DNA of 64,000 bases. Source: a virus. Taxonomy: Duplodnaviria; Heunggongvirae; Uroviricota; Caudoviricetes. Below the pieces are notes generated by a model. It made no database searches. It saw nothing but the letters and a program-made list of their open reading frames with translations, and was not told the origin of the DNA. Shown here piece after piece: positions 48,695 through 59,417 of the stretch (position 1 is its first letter; every line of letters starts with the position of its first letter). The stretch spans positions 128,001 through 192,000 of IMG/VR virus record IMGVR_UViG_3300012346_000380; one strand, written 5' to 3'. Made by a program: the position numbers and the translations under genes.

Positions 48695-48886
48695 TTACTT
48701 TTGAAATTTGTGTGTTTTAGACGGTCTGGATGGTAGAAAGATAATTACTCTGATACCTTGGTTCTCTATATCTGGGTAGATCCTAAAGTCTTGTCTTTGG
48801 TAGTCTCTTTGGATTGGTTTGTATACTGTACATCCTTGTAAGATTAGGATTGCTAGTATGGTTATTAGGTATCTGGTTGGTTTCAA
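48695..48886 (-). CDS. Possible small lipoprotein
   Basis: Signal-like N-terminus ending LQGC. Confidence 0.4.
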   Translation of the reverse strand: MKPTRYLITILAILILQGCTVYKPIQRDYQRQDFRIYPDIENQGIRVIIFLPSRPSKTHKFQK

Positions 48887-49065
48887 GGTTTAAACTTTTG
48901 GGTTAATAACAGTTCTATTATAGAATGATGTACTGCATAGATGGCTATCTCTTGGTCTGATAGAGATTTTTGGGTTTTTATCTTGTTTGCTATTAAGACT
49001 AAGGTTTCTCTGGTTATACTACCTGTATCTATGAAATTGTTCCATTCTTCTTTTTCTATTCCCAT
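48883..49065 (-). CDS. Hypothetical protein
   Basis: 60 aa ORF. Confidence 0.5.
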   Translation of the reverse strand: MGIEKEEWNNFIDTGSITRETLVLIANKIKTQKSLSDQEIAIYAVHHSIIELLLTQKFKP

Positions 49066-49147
49066 AATATATGTATTTGTCTTTGGGTTGCGTGCGTGAA
49101 AAAGGTCAGCTTTTTGGGCTGACCTTTAAGATTTATTGGGATTTTGG

Positions 49148-49696
49148 TTACTTTGCGTCGATTGTTAAAAGTAATTGTGCTCTGATCTCTATATTGTTAT
49201 CTAGAACATCTGTGTCGAATTCACCTAAGACTGCTGTCTCTTGTTTAGTGATAATGGCTGAGTTTTGCATGCCTTCTAGTTTTCTTGTGTATTTACTAGC
49301 GTCTGTATCATCTGCGAAACCAACGTTGATTACTAAATCTGCTGGGTATCTTACTAGTAATTCTGCTCTGCCTGGTTCGTTAATACCATTTACTTCATCT
49401 TTGATCCATGGTTTGCCCGATAAAGTGGCCATAATATAAACTACTGACTCTTTGTCTTTGATTTGTTTTAAGACTTCTTGCTCTATGATTTTAGCTCCGT
49501 CTTTGTCCGCCCATTTAGACCAAACTTTGTTGATTTCTTCTAAGGTAGCTGCTTCGTCTCCTTCGTATTTGATACGTTCGATTTGTTTTTTAAATGCAAA
49601 TAAGACTTTACCTGCGATACCTTTGGCTCCATAAGAACCTGTCATTTGGTATACCTTTTCATTTACGAATTGTTCGAATAATTGAATATGTTTCAT
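49148..49696 (-). CDS. Putative internal head protein
   Basis: MKHIQLFEQFVNE N-terminus. Confidence 0.6.
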   Translation of the reverse strand: MKHIQLFEQFVNEKVYQMTGSYGAKGIAGKVLFAFKKQIERIKYEGDEAATLEEINKVWSKWADKDGAKIIEQEVLKQIKDKESVVYIMATLSGKPWIKDEVNGINEPGRAELLVRYPADLVINVGFADDTDASKYTRKLEGMQNSAIITKQETAVLGEFDTDVLDNNIEIRAQLLLTIDAK

Positions 49697-49712
49697 ATAT
49701 GTTAGTTTTTAT

Positions 49713-50054
49713 TTAATATTCAAATGGTGGTGTTTGATAACTTGATTGCTTAACTGCATACCAAGTTTTATCTACTCTAAAATACCAGAAAGTATCTCCT
49801 TCAATAATATAGTGATCGCCTTTGATTTTTACATCTTTGTAACCACCTCTTGTAAAGTTTTTAGTCACTGGAACGCCGTCATCAAACGTTTTATCAGTAG
49901 ATTGCGCTTTAAATGATTTACCATCAAATTTAGCTAAGTAAATATCTGCTTTCTTACCTTCTTCTTTTTCATCCTTTTGAAATTGCTCCATACCTTCTGG
50001 TAAATTAAGTGCGCTTTCATTTAAGAAATCTTCAAAAAGTTTAATATATTTCAT
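49713..50054 (-). CDS. Putative internal head protein
   Basis: MKYIKLFEDFLNES N-terminus; late motif upstream. Confidence 0.6.
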   Translation of the reverse strand: MKYIKLFEDFLNESALNLPEGMEQFQKDEKEEGKKADIYLAKFDGKSFKAQSTDKTFDDGVPVTKNFTRGGYKDVKIKGDHYIIEGDTFWYFRVDKTWYAVKQSSYQTPPFEY

Positions 50055-50141
50055 AATTTAATTTGTTTTTACGTATGCTTTATATATTAAAATAAAAAAG
50101 GACCATTTAGGTCCTTTTGATTTATATGTGTTTGTTTAGAT

Positions 50142-50351
50142 CTAAACAAAAAGAGCTTTAACTGCATACATACATGCAGTTTCAATATTTGTTTGAGCGA
50201 TTGAGATTTCTCTAGCATTTTTATCGTCTTTCATGATTTCTAATTTATCGATTAGATTTGCATGTTGTTCTTTTAGGTCTTCGATAATTGGGTTAGCCGA
50301 AGGGTTAAAGTTTCTTTGGACTCTTTTTTGTCCTAATGTTATATTTTCCAT
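50142..50351 (-). CDS. Acb2/Tad1-like helical hairpin protein (candidate immune-signal sponge)
   Basis: LG..RV...FNPS...REISIAQTNIETACMYAVKA. Confidence 0.55.
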   Translation of the reverse strand: MENITLGQKRVQRNFNPSANPIIEDLKEQHANLIDKLEIMKDDKNAREISIAQTNIETACMYAVKALFV

Positions 50352-50363
50352 AGTTTAGTTTGT

Positions 50364-50789
50364 TTAGTCTTCGAAGACTTCTATTGTTTTTTGCTTCTCT
50401 GTTAAGTTTGACCATTTACCGACGAATTGTGTAGCTTTAACTACTCTATCATCAATCCAATGATAATTTCCACCTCGAGGTTTACCCATTAAAAGTCCAT
50501 GGTATATAAAACCATGTCTTTCCAACCAATCCATTGTGATTTTTCTATGTTCTTCAGTACGCGACGTGAAAAAGGTAATGATGTGTCCTTCTTTAGCCCA
50601 ACCGTTTAAGATTTGTCTTGCGTCTGGGTAAGGTAAAACCATTTTCATTCTTTCTGGCTCTTCATTAGGTACATCATCTGTGATGGTACCATCAATATCA
50701 ATTAAATAATTTCTAATACCTTCTGGTAATGCCGGTGACACTAATTGACCTTCATCTCCAAATTGAGATTGTAAATTTATTGTTTTCAT
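50364..50789 (-). CDS. HAD-family phosphatase
   Basis: DIDGT, FTSR, GKP, IDD. Confidence 0.85.
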   Translation of the reverse strand: MKTINLQSQFGDEGQLVSPALPEGIRNYLIDIDGTITDDVPNEEPERMKMVLPYPDARQILNGWAKEGHIITFFTSRTEEHRKITMDWLERHGFIYHGLLMGKPRGGNYHWIDDRVVKATQFVGKWSNLTEKQKTIEVFED

Positions 50790-50805
50790 TTATATAGTGA
50801 TTAGA

Positions 50806-51348
50806 TTAATGCTTTGCTAAGTGAGTTTTGATGTCCACATCCAAATCCTTTGCTAATTGTTTGATCAATTGAATATTTCGTGTATCATCATCAAAGAATG
50901 AAATATCGGTGTAGCCTTGTTCTATGAACCATTGCATGGCTTGTTGTTTTTTACTAGCTATATCACCTTTGAGTTTTCTTTTAGGATCATTTACGCACCA
51001 AATCAATTCTGGATGGATATGAAAACCAACATGATCCTTCATCCAATCATAAATCATTTTTTCATCATCTCGAGCAGTGATAATACCGATTGCATTTCCA
51101 GCTTTGTAGTTTTTGGCTAAAATGTCTAAGTATTTCTTAATCATTTTACCAGCTTTCATAACTTCTAAAGATTTGAAATCATCAAAGTCTAAAACTTGAC
51201 CTTTTTTACTCTCATATTTGTTGAATTCTTCGGGTGTTAATTCGTAACAAGTTCCTGTTTTTTGATCGCAAACACGAATTTTTGCATCTGTAATGACAAG
51301 TGTATCATCGAGATCAAATATCAAAATCTTTTCGGTTGAAAATGCCAT
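50806..51348 (-). CDS. HAD-family phosphatase
   Basis: FDLDDT, ITAR, K, FFDDD. Confidence 0.82.
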   Translation of the reverse strand: MAFSTEKILIFDLDDTLVITDAKIRVCDQKTGTCYELTPEEFNKYESKKGQVLDFDDFKSLEVMKAGKMIKKYLDILAKNYKAGNAIGIITARDDEKMIYDWMKDHVGFHIHPELIWCVNDPKRKLKGDIASKKQQAMQWFIEQGYTDISFFDDDTRNIQLIKQLAKDLDVDIKTHLAKH

Positions 51349-51406
51349 AATCTACATATTTTTAACTATCTATTATATCAAAGTAATGATAATAGTTTCA
51401 TAAAAT

Positions 51407-51531
51407 AGATCTATAAATGGTATTTGAACCTTTGATTATATCCAGTCACATCCCAATTTTATCAGGATGCGACCAAAAATATTTTACAATAGCAAACATG
51501 GTTTGAAGCTATAAATCAAGGGTGAAGATCT
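51407..51531 (-). ncRNA. Candidate structured RNA (intergenic or 5' UTR)
   Basis: 11 bp hairpin with three G-U pairs that form only on the minus strand, inside a longer closing stem. Confidence 0.35.
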
Positions 51532-51541
51532 GGTGTGTTGC

Positions 51542-52372
51542 TTATTTTGTGATAATAAACATTTGTTGGTCGAAAACGTCTTGATCAAATAGAGCCATTC
51601 TCTTATTATCACCTAAATGGTGAAAGTCTTGTCTGTATTTTAAACCTAATTCAGTCCAATTTGGTGGATAATTAAAATAAGATTTTTCAGATTCATGTAG
51701 TTCATTAGTCAATGACGCTATTCGATTGCCAGTATTTGTACAAAGTTGAGTTAATAAAGATTGCTCAACAAATGTCATTTCAGCAGTAGAATGCTTTTTG
51801 TGTCTAAATGAATATGTTAAAACTTCTTCCCATAATCTAGATACATTTGTAAATTCCTTTCTCATTTCTTCATCACCTAAATAAATAAAAGACATATTCA
51901 TTACGTGATCGTTGTTCCATAGAATATCGAACATTTGAATTAGACCGCTGTATGGCATTTTGTTAGGATCAGCGTACATCTTATTAGATTCAGCTTGAGT
52001 ACCTGCAAATATAAAATGTTTTAATTCAGAAAGTTTTAATTTATCAGTTAAGACTAAAAAATCAATGTCCATCATGATAAATGGTGCTTTGATCTCATTC
52101 ATCACTTTTAATTTTGATGCCGTCCAAAAGATAGTTCTGTTAATATCATCTTGTTTTGACAAGACTTCAGTATTAACTACATGCCATTCTTTTAACAAAT
52201 CAACGCTTTCCAAATAGGATTTAGTGGTTGCATCGCAATAAATGTGAGTCAATGTATCAGGATAAAACTTCTTCCAATTTTTGATTGAGTTCTCCATGCA
52301 CTTTAATTCAAGCGGACTCAAATAAAATGGATCTAGTTTCTTAGAATTTTCTAAAACCCAATATACATTCAT
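51542..52372 (-). CDS. Putative GT-A glycosyltransferase-like protein
   Basis: FW..SKL...PFIMMDID (DxD), EQ and H-LG motifs. Confidence 0.55.
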   Translation of the reverse strand: MNVYWVLENSKKLDPFYLSPLELKCMENSIKNWKKFYPDTLTHIYCDATTKSYLESVDLLKEWHVVNTEVLSKQDDINRTIFWTASKLKVMNEIKAPFIMMDIDFLVLTDKLKLSELKHFIFAGTQAESNKMYADPNKMPYSGLIQMFDILWNNDHVMNMSFIYLGDEEMRKEFTNVSRLWEEVLTYSFRHKKHSTAEMTFVEQSLLTQLCTNTGNRIASLTNELHESEKSYFNYPPNWTELGLKYRQDFHHLGDNKRMALFDQDVFDQQMFIITK

Positions 52373-53340
52373 TACTCTTCATCTTTTTTTACAAAAAGTC
52401 TAAAATTATCTTGAATTTGTTTGATAAATGTAACCATATCATCGTTAATTCTATATGTGCCAACTAGTGGATGAATTAACAACAATTTACCAGGCTCGTT
52501 ATTCTCAACAATACTCATTTCAAAAGGAACGCTAATTACAACTTCATATCCTAAATCATCAGTCACGTCTAAAGTTGTTAAACCGTGCATAGCAGTCCAT
52601 CCTAACCAAACTGTTTCATCACAATATTGTTTAGCGTATGTGTTTATTAATGCGTGTTTATAATATTTAGCATCTTCGAAGAATTTAGTTTTATAAATGA
52701 ATATGCAACTTAAAGACCATTGTGTATTTACCAGCCAATCTTTTACATATTCAGAATCTACTGATAAAGAATCAGCCATGAAATCAATATACTCGTCTTG
52801 TGGTATAGAAGTACATAAATTATCTCTTCTTCCAAAGAAAACTGAAGCCGAATTGTTTTCAACGTTGATAGCAATAGGTCTATCAGATTTTGCAGTATGT
52901 GTTAACACATTTTTGTAAAAATCTATTTTGGTATCACTATAGAAAAACATATCACCATCTACTACTGAAACTACTTCATATTTTTTCAACATTGGATTAG
53001 TAGTAATCATGTATTTAACAGCAAATTGCTTCTGAACTTTGATTATCTGTTCTTTCGCTATCAAGTTTCTAAATAAATGAATAGCAAAATCATAACGCTC
53101 TTCGTCTACAAATAAGTAAATATCAGCCATTTCTAGAACGTCTGTATACATTATTTGACTACACAATGAATGATATATGTATGGTAAATACCACTCGGTT
53201 GACCAAGTTTGATAAACCACTGCAATTTTTTTATCACCTGTGTTTGTGTAAAACTTGCCTTCACCTAAGTCAGGCCAATGTTCAAAACTTATTTTACTAG
53301 ATACGTAAAACTTAGGATCATCTGGTATTATTCTTTCCAT
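52372..53340 (-). CDS. Putative GT-A glycosyltransferase-like protein
   Basis: VVDGD (DxD), DETV. Confidence 0.45.
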   Translation of the reverse strand: MERIIPDDPKFYVSSKISFEHWPDLGEGKFYTNTGDKKIAVVYQTWSTEWYLPYIYHSLCSQIMYTDVLEMADIYLFVDEERYDFAIHLFRNLIAKEQIIKVQKQFAVKYMITTNPMLKKYEVVSVVDGDMFFYSDTKIDFYKNVLTHTAKSDRPIAINVENNSASVFFGRRDNLCTSIPQDEYIDFMADSLSVDSEYVKDWLVNTQWSLSCIFIYKTKFFEDAKYYKHALINTYAKQYCDETVWLGWTAMHGLTTLDVTDDLGYEVVISVPFEMSIVENNEPGKLLLIHPLVGTYRINDDMVTFIKQIQDNFRLFVKKDEE

Positions 53341-53452
53341 TATTAAAAATTATTTAAAATTTATATGTGTATATTTGTTAATGTTTCAGAATATTTATCT
53401 AAATAAAAAAGGTCTCCTTTTGAGAGACCTTTTAAAATTCTATATTAATTTT

Positions 53453-54178
53453 TTACAATGATGGAATGATAGTTTTAGTTGATGTATTAGCATCAGTATA
53501 AACTAATTGTATTTGACCACTACCACCCATGGTTACACTAAATTGTGAATTTAAAGTATTTGCTGGTATAGTAATATAAGATCCAGAATTGAATGTTTGA
53601 CCACTAGCTGTAATACTATTACTCATTGAAATTGGGCTTCCTGATAAACCAGTTGAAGATGCCGAACCTGAATTTGTACCAGAATTATAATACGATGAAC
53701 TACCTCTAAGCCAGATATATTTGTCATAAGCTGTTGGATTATCGATGATAATTACCGCTGTACCAGGTGAAGATATTGGGAATGAAGATCCTGAGATCCA
53801 AGTATATCCAAATGTTGTTCCAACCGGAACTTCAAATGTTGTATGATAATCGTTAGAAGATAACCAAGCCATTGCGTTTGTTGTATTAACAAAAGATTGA
53901 CCGGCTAATTGTGCAACTAAATCTATAAAAGATTGATCTGTTAAATCCACAGATCTTACAAAGTTTAAAGTTGAATATGTACCATCTGGTGTAATTCTAC
54001 TTGCACCTTCAAAGCTTATGATATGTCCAGTTTCTTCTGGTCCATTATACCATTTTAATTCTGTTGATGCAAAATCAAATCCATTTACATTAGATGGTAT
54101 TACTGCTGATATACTTCCAGATTTTTTAGTTCCTGAAATTTCTGAACCAGTATGTTTTGCGAAAGGTCTTGTTGCCAT
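53453..54178 (-). CDS. Ser/Thr/Gly-rich putative virion protein
   Basis: 241 aa; beta-rich composition; late-like motif upstream. Confidence 0.5.
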   Translation of the reverse strand: MATRPFAKHTGSEISGTKKSGSISAVIPSNVNGFDFASTELKWYNGPEETGHIISFEGASRITPDGTYSTLNFVRSVDLTDQSFIDLVAQLAGQSFVNTTNAMAWLSSNDYHTTFEVPVGTTFGYTWISGSSFPISSPGTAVIIIDNPTAYDKYIWLRGSSSYYNSGTNSGSASSTGLSGSPISMSNSITASGQTFNSGSYITIPANTLNSQFSVTMGGSGQIQLVYTDANTSTKTIIPSL

Positions 54179-54222
54179 TTTATTTAAGTATTTTTATATG
54201 TTATATATTTGCTAGTAAGCTA

Positions 54223-54465
54223 TTATTCTTCTGTGATTTCTAATTTATCTCTGTCTTTTTTCTTTAATCTATTTCGTAAAAAGAAATACAAGCCAAAGAA
54301 TACAGCTGATAGGCAATAAAAAATTAAATCCGTAACCCAAAAAGATCCCGTCCACTTCATTACTAAAGCGAATGCTGCGTCGAATCCAAGCGGATTGAAG
54401 AAGGTTGCTATGATCAAACAGATCGAAGCTATGTTCTTGTGTAGTGTTATTTTCCAAGTTGTCAT
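54223..54465 (-). CDS. Small 2-TM membrane protein
   Basis: Two hydrophobic helices and a basic C-terminal tail. Confidence 0.55.
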   Translation of the reverse strand: MTTWKITLHKNIASICLIIATFFNPLGFDAAFALVMKWTGSFWVTDLIFYCLSAVFFGLYFFLRNRLKKKDRDKLEITEE

Positions 54466-54501
54466 GTTTTAAACTATCGGGGTCCATATTATAGGTTATT
54501 T

Positions 54502-55122
54502 TTAAAACTTAGGAATTCCACCAATCTGAATTGCTCGCTTTCTCCAAACTGCAATAACAGATTCTTTTCTTTCTTCATCAATTTCTTCAGAATCTAAGTA
54601 TTGTTCAATTGTATTTATCAACGGTTCTTTCTTTTTTCTAGACTTTAAAGCCAATCCTTGTAAATTAGCATCAATTTCTTTAGGTAATAAAAGATATAAG
54701 TAAGCTTCTAAGATACCTTGATTTATTAAATTTCTTTCAAGACTATCATCTTCAAGCCATTTACCGTGTTTTTCATTCCAACCATTTTGTGTTAGATGCT
54801 CCATTTCATGACGCATAACATCTATTAAATCAAAATAAATTTCAGACCATTTGTTTGGTAAATCAATTGGATCAATCGTAAAATCAATCCATATTTTACC
54901 ACAAATATCTTTATCGCCTTCATCTGAAAAACCTTGAATATGATAACTAAATCCTTTTTTAAATCTAAGTTTAGCTGTTAATTCAAACTCTAAAAAATCA
55001 AAATCAAATTCTCTTTCAAGTGTTGATGTTTTACGATCTTTTGAAAAAGAATAGATCCATCGCTTCATTATCTGTTTTACACAAATAGAAACAATGGATC
55101 TGTATTTTAAATTAGAGTTCAA
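54502..55122 (-). CDS. Putative zinc metallopeptidase-like protein
   Basis: HEMEH (HExxH) plus downstream EIDA. Confidence 0.55.
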   Translation of the reverse strand: MNSNLKYRSIVSICVKQIMKRWIYSFSKDRKTSTLEREFDFDFLEFELTAKLRFKKGFSYHIQGFSDEGDKDICGKIWIDFTIDPIDLPNKWSEIYFDLIDVMRHEMEHLTQNGWNEKHGKWLEDDSLERNLINQGILEAYLYLLLPKEIDANLQGLALKSRKKKEPLINTIEQYLDSEEIDEERKESVIAVWRKRAIQIGGIPKF

Positions 55123-55128
55123 CGACTC

Positions 55129-58100
55129 TTATTTGTTTTTTAAGATTTCAATCTCAGCTTTTAATTCTTGTATAGCTTGAACCAAATAAACTGAAAGTCT
55201 AGCATAATCAACTGTTAAATACTCAGTATCATCGCCAACACCATTCATTTTTAAGATTTCACTTTTGTGAATTAAATGTGGGAATTGAGCTTGTATATCT
55301 TGAGCTATAAAACCAACATCGTGGCCTCTACCCATTTCTTTGATCCAATCAAATTCTACAGGCGTGATATTCATTATTTTATCAAGCGCGTAACCATCAA
55401 TTGGTGTTACATTTTCTTTTAATCTATTATCAGACGTTATACTTGAGAAACCTATAATATTTCCAGAAGCTTCGAATGCACCATTAGTATTCCAAGCAAA
55501 TTGTGTACCTACAAATCTTTTAACAGATATTGGAGTTTGACCAACCGTAGGTGAACCTAATTGAACTGTAGTTCCAGACACATATCCACCTTCGTTATAT
55601 CCAGTTAATCCACTGGCACCTTGAGCTCCTGTAGCGCCTTGAGCTCCTGTAGCGCCTTGAGCTCCTGTAGCACCTTGAGCTCCTGTTGCACCTTGAGCTC
55701 CTGTTGCACCTTGAGCACCTTGAACAGAAACACCTGAAGTACCGCTAGCGCCTTGAGCACCTGTAGCACCTTGCGCTCCCGTTGCACCTTGCGCTCCTTG
55801 AAGTCCAGAAGTTCCAGCTACACCTTGAGCACCATTTACACCTGATATACCTGAAGTTCCTGAAGTTCCTGAAGTACCATTTACGCCTTGAGCACCTGTA
55901 GCACCTTGTGCTCCATTCACACCGGAAGTTCCACTAGCACCTTGTGCTCCTGTAGCACCTTGAGCACCATTTACACCAGAAGTTCCAGCAGCTCCTTGAG
56001 CACCCGTGGCACCTTGAGCACCTGTTGCGCCTTGAGCACCTGTTGCGCCTTGAGCACCTTGTGCTCCATTAATACCTGAAGTTCCACTAGCTCCTTGAGC
56101 ACCTTGTGCTCCATTAACACCAGATATACCAGAAGTTCCGTTAGCACCTTGCGCTCCATTAACACCAGAAGATCCAGAAGTTCCGCTTGTTCCTGAAGAA
56201 CCATTAGTTCCTGAAGTTCCAGCAGTTCCACTCGAACCAGATGTTCCAGCAGTTCCACTTGAACCACTCGAACCAGAAGAACCAGAAGTTCCTGAAGTTC
56301 CACTAGAACCCGAAGCTCCTTGTGCTCCATTTATACCCGATATACCAGAAGTTCCTGAAGATCCAGACGTTCCACTTGAACCCGAAGTCCCTGCACTACC
56401 AGAAGTTCCGCTTGAACCAGAAGTTCCAGCAGTTCCACTTGAACCAGAAGTTCCTGAAGATCCAGATGTTCCACTTGAACCATTAACACCTTGTGCTCCC
56501 TGTGCACCTGTTGGACCTTCGGTAGCTCCTAATGATGAGATCACGTATGAATAATCAGAAATACCTTCAGTGTAAAATTTAATAGTTCTATTAGTGCTAT
56601 TGTCGTTAGTTGCATAAATTTGTACAAGAACTCTATCCGTTGGATCAACATAATGAGACGGTATGAATATATCTTGATACATGTCAACTGGAATTGTATC
56701 ATCAGTGTCCCACCCGATTAACGCCGGTGTTGTTGTTCCCCATACTGCAATCGGTGTTCCACTTGAATCTGTATGTGTTATTTTTAAATATATTTGAATA
56801 TCATGACCTACCGCTCCTTTAGTAAAGTGCATTTTAAATTGTTGAATTCCGCCGGGCACAACAGCAACGCCTAATCCAGATGGTGTAATAAATTGTGTGA
56901 CTAATACATCACTTTGAAGAGAAGTTAAATTTGTAGTTACTACTTGTTGTGCAGCAGCCGTCGGCATCGTTGCTAACTCGTTAAGATCATTTACTCCACC
57001 ACCATTATTAACGACAATAACAGATTCATTCATATAGAATATTTGACCTACACTAGATCCAGCTTCTCCTGTTGCACCTTGTGCTCCATTTACACCAGAA
57101 GATCCAGAAGTTCCAGATGATCCAGAAGAACCAGAAGTTCCATCTTGTCCTGCAGCACCTTGCGCTCCATTAATACCAGATATTCCCGATGTTCCACTTA
57201 ATCCTGAAGACCCTGATGTTCCATTTAAACCATCAACGCCTGAACTTCCATTTGAACCTGAAGTTCCGGCAGTTCCACTAGAACCATCTGTTCCTGCAGT
57301 TCCACTTGAACCTGAAGATCCAGAAGTTCCATCTTGTCCTGCAGCACCTTGTGCTCCATTAATACCAGATATTCCTGATGTTCCACTCGTTCCTGCTATT
57401 CCACTTGAACCTGAAGTTCCAGCTGTTCCACTAGAACCATCTGTTCCTGCAGTTCCACTTGAACCTGAAGTTCCATCAGTTCCACTTGAACCAGAAGTTC
57501 CTGAAGTTCCAGAAGTTCCAGCTGCACCTTGTGCTCCATTTATACCAGATATTCCCGATGTTCCAGAAGTTCCAGCTGCGCCTTGTGCTCCATCAATACC
57601 TGAAGTTCCAGTAGCTCCTTGAGCTCCGTTTATACCAGAAGTTCCCGCTGCACCTTGTGCTCCATCAATTCCGCTTGTTCCATTTTGACCAGCTGCACCT
57701 TGTGCTCCATCAATTCCGCTTGTTCCATCTTGACCTGCAGCACCTTGTGCTCCATCAACACCTATAGTTCCACTAATACCACTAGAACCTGAAGATCCAT
57801 CAGTACCTGAGGTTCCGTTAGTTAAACCAGAAGAACCGCTTGTTCCTGTAGTTCCACTTGTTCCAGCTGCACCTTGTGCACCTTGTAAACCAGGAGAACC
57901 TGCAAAACCTTGTGCTCCTCTAGCACCTGATGTTCCACTTGTTCCAGAAAGACCAATGCCACCTTGAGCACCTTGAGATCCTGTTGCACCTTGAGATCCT
58001 GTTGCACCTACTGCGCCTTGTGCTCCTTGAGCACCTCCACCTCCACCACCGCCAGTAGCTTCACTTAAATCCCAATAGTATTCTGTACCATTTACAGTTT

Positions 58101-58338
58101 GACGACTACTTAAAACAGGTGTTTTACCTAAATCAATATTAGGATCAATAATACCTTGATCTCCATGACCTAGAATTTCATAATTTTTAATAATCTCACC
58201 AGTTAAGGCTAAATTATAATTCATTTCTTCATGAGTCAATGCTCTACCTAATAATTCCTTAGATAATTGAATATATGAACCATTAGCACCTCTGTGCAAT
58301 CCATGTGAGAATGTATATTCGCTAATTTTTTTAGACAT
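55129..58338 (-). CDS. Gly-X-Y repeat fibre with central globular domain and C-terminal peptidase-S74 chaperone
   Basis: GTS/GAQ repeats; SDNRLKENV...GFIAQD...LVQAIQEL. Confidence 0.85.
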   Translation of the reverse strand: MSKKISEYTFSHGLHRGANGSYIQLSKELLGRALTHEEMNYNLALTGEIIKNYEILGHGDQGIIDPNIDLGKTPVLSSRQTVNGTEYYWDLSEATGGGGGGGAQGAQGAVGATGSQGATGSQGAQGGIGLSGTSGTSGARGAQGFAGSPGLQGAQGAAGTSGTTGTSGSSGLTNGTSGTDGSSGSSGISGTIGVDGAQGAAGQDGTSGIDGAQGAAGQNGTSGIDGAQGAAGTSGINGAQGATGTSGIDGAQGAAGTSGTSGISGINGAQGAAGTSGTSGTSGSSGTDGTSGSSGTAGTDGSSGTAGTSGSSGIAGTSGTSGISGINGAQGAAGQDGTSGSSGSSGTAGTDGSSGTAGTSGSNGSSGVDGLNGTSGSSGLSGTSGISGINGAQGAAGQDGTSGSSGSSGTSGSSGVNGAQGATGEAGSSVGQIFYMNESVIVVNNGGGVNDLNELATMPTAAAQQVVTTNLTSLQSDVLVTQFITPSGLGVAVVPGGIQQFKMHFTKGAVGHDIQIYLKITHTDSSGTPIAVWGTTTPALIGWDTDDTIPVDMYQDIFIPSHYVDPTDRVLVQIYATNDNSTNRTIKFYTEGISDYSYVISSLGATEGPTGAQGAQGVNGSSGTSGSSGTSGSSGTAGTSGSSGTSGSAGTSGSSGTSGSSGTSGISGINGAQGASGSSGTSGTSGSSGSSGSSGTAGTSGSSGTAGTSGTNGSSGTSGTSGSSGVNGAQGANGTSGISGVNGAQGAQGASGTSGINGAQGAQGATGAQGATGAQGATGAQGAAGTSGVNGAQGATGAQGASGTSGVNGAQGATGAQGVNGTSGTSGTSGISGVNGAQGVAGTSGLQGAQGATGAQGATGAQGASGTSGVSVQGAQGATGAQGATGAQGATGAQGATGAQGATGAQGASGLTGYNEGGYVSGTTVQLGSPTVGQTPISVKRFVGTQFAWNTNGAFEASGNIIGFSSITSDNRLKENVTPIDGYALDKIMNITPVEFDWIKEMGRGHDVGFIAQDIQAQFPHLIHKSEILKMNGVGDDTEYLTVDYARLSVYLVQAIQELKAEIEILKNK

Positions 58339-58365
58339 TTTATATGTTACTGTTTTTTATATTTA

Positions 58366-58953
58366 TTATAAATTATCGAACAAATCTATCAACGCATCTT
58401 TTGCATTTTTAGTATGTGTTGAACCGTTCTTAATATACGTTACGTTATTACTTCCAAAAAGACCTTGAATATAACCGCAATCAATGTATTGCATAGTTAA
58501 ATTACCATTAGCATCTTCTTCAACTTGAATGTAAACGTCTGTATATAATTTATCCCAAATGTTTACCAACTCGTTGTATTTTGGTAAATACATTTGATTT
58601 AAAGTATCTAAGATAGCTTGCATTTCATTAGGATATTTCTCACTATTAGGCGCTTTGTATCTTTTAAGAGTATCGTCAAATGAAATTATAAAATTAGAAC
58701 CGTTTATATCTGTAACAATACTCGATATTTGATATAATTTCATGTTTGAACATTCTGCTGCATTTTTAAATTGAGCAGGTGTTAAACCAGACAAAGACAC
58801 TGAGTTTAAATTAACACCAATGCTTGAATTCTTATTAGAAAATTCTTTGTAAATTAATCTAGCGTCAACTACTTTAATAATACCAGACGAATTGTTTGGA
58901 ATATTATTAACTGCTTCACGTGCATAGATTAAAGAAATTTTATCACTTACCAT
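58366..58953 (-). CDS. Hypothetical protein
   Basis: 195 aa ORF. Confidence 0.6.
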   Translation of the reverse strand: MVSDKISLIYAREAVNNIPNNSSGIIKVVDARLIYKEFSNKNSSIGVNLNSVSLSGLTPAQFKNAAECSNMKLYQISSIVTDINGSNFIISFDDTLKRYKAPNSEKYPNEMQAILDTLNQMYLPKYNELVNIWDKLYTDVYIQVEEDANGNLTMQYIDCGYIQGLFGSNNVTYIKNGSTHTKNAKDALIDLFDNL

Positions 58954-59347
58954 TGTTTAAGAAATTTGTTACGATATATGTTACAAGACCACCTAAACCT
59001 GTTAAAAGAGCCCAAAAAACTTTAGTGATTGAAGTTTTCCATTTAACTAAATCATTATGCTCTTCAATAATTTTATCCATTTTGGTTTCTAATTCTTCTT
59101 GAGATTCTCTGAATTCAGTATTTTTCTTAGTTTCAACTACAATACCATCATAAGGATTCAGCAATTTCTGCTTTAGATCTGAAATGCTAGCTTTCATTTC
59201 ATTTTGATTTTCCATTAATTGTTTAATGGCACCTTCAATTTGGATATAAGATGGATCCTCCATTTTACGACGAAATGATTCAAAAGCTTTGTATAAGCCT
59301 TCAATTAATTCTTTAGGAGTTTGGTCTGGGTTTTGATTTTCAAACAT
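58943..59347 (-). CDS. Coiled-coil protein with C-terminal TM helix
   Basis: VFWALLTGLGGLVTYIV. Confidence 0.6.
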   Translation of the reverse strand: MFENQNPDQTPKELIEGLYKAFESFRRKMEDPSYIQIEGAIKQLMENQNEMKASISDLKQKLLNPYDGIVVETKKNTEFRESQEELETKMDKIIEEHNDLVKWKTSITKVFWALLTGLGGLVTYIVTNFLNNGK

Positions 59348-59356
59348 AAATAAAAA

Positions 59357-59396
59357 CGGTCTTTTTAGTCATATTATATATCGACTAAAAAGACCG
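59357..59396 (-). promoter_or_regulatory. 14 bp hairpin/terminator with the late-promoter motif in its loop
   Basis: CGGTCTTTTTAGTC-GATATATAATAT-GACTAAAAAGACCG-TTTTT. Confidence 0.7.
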
Positions 59397-59417
59397 CTTA
59401 ATTATGTAAGTGTAAAT

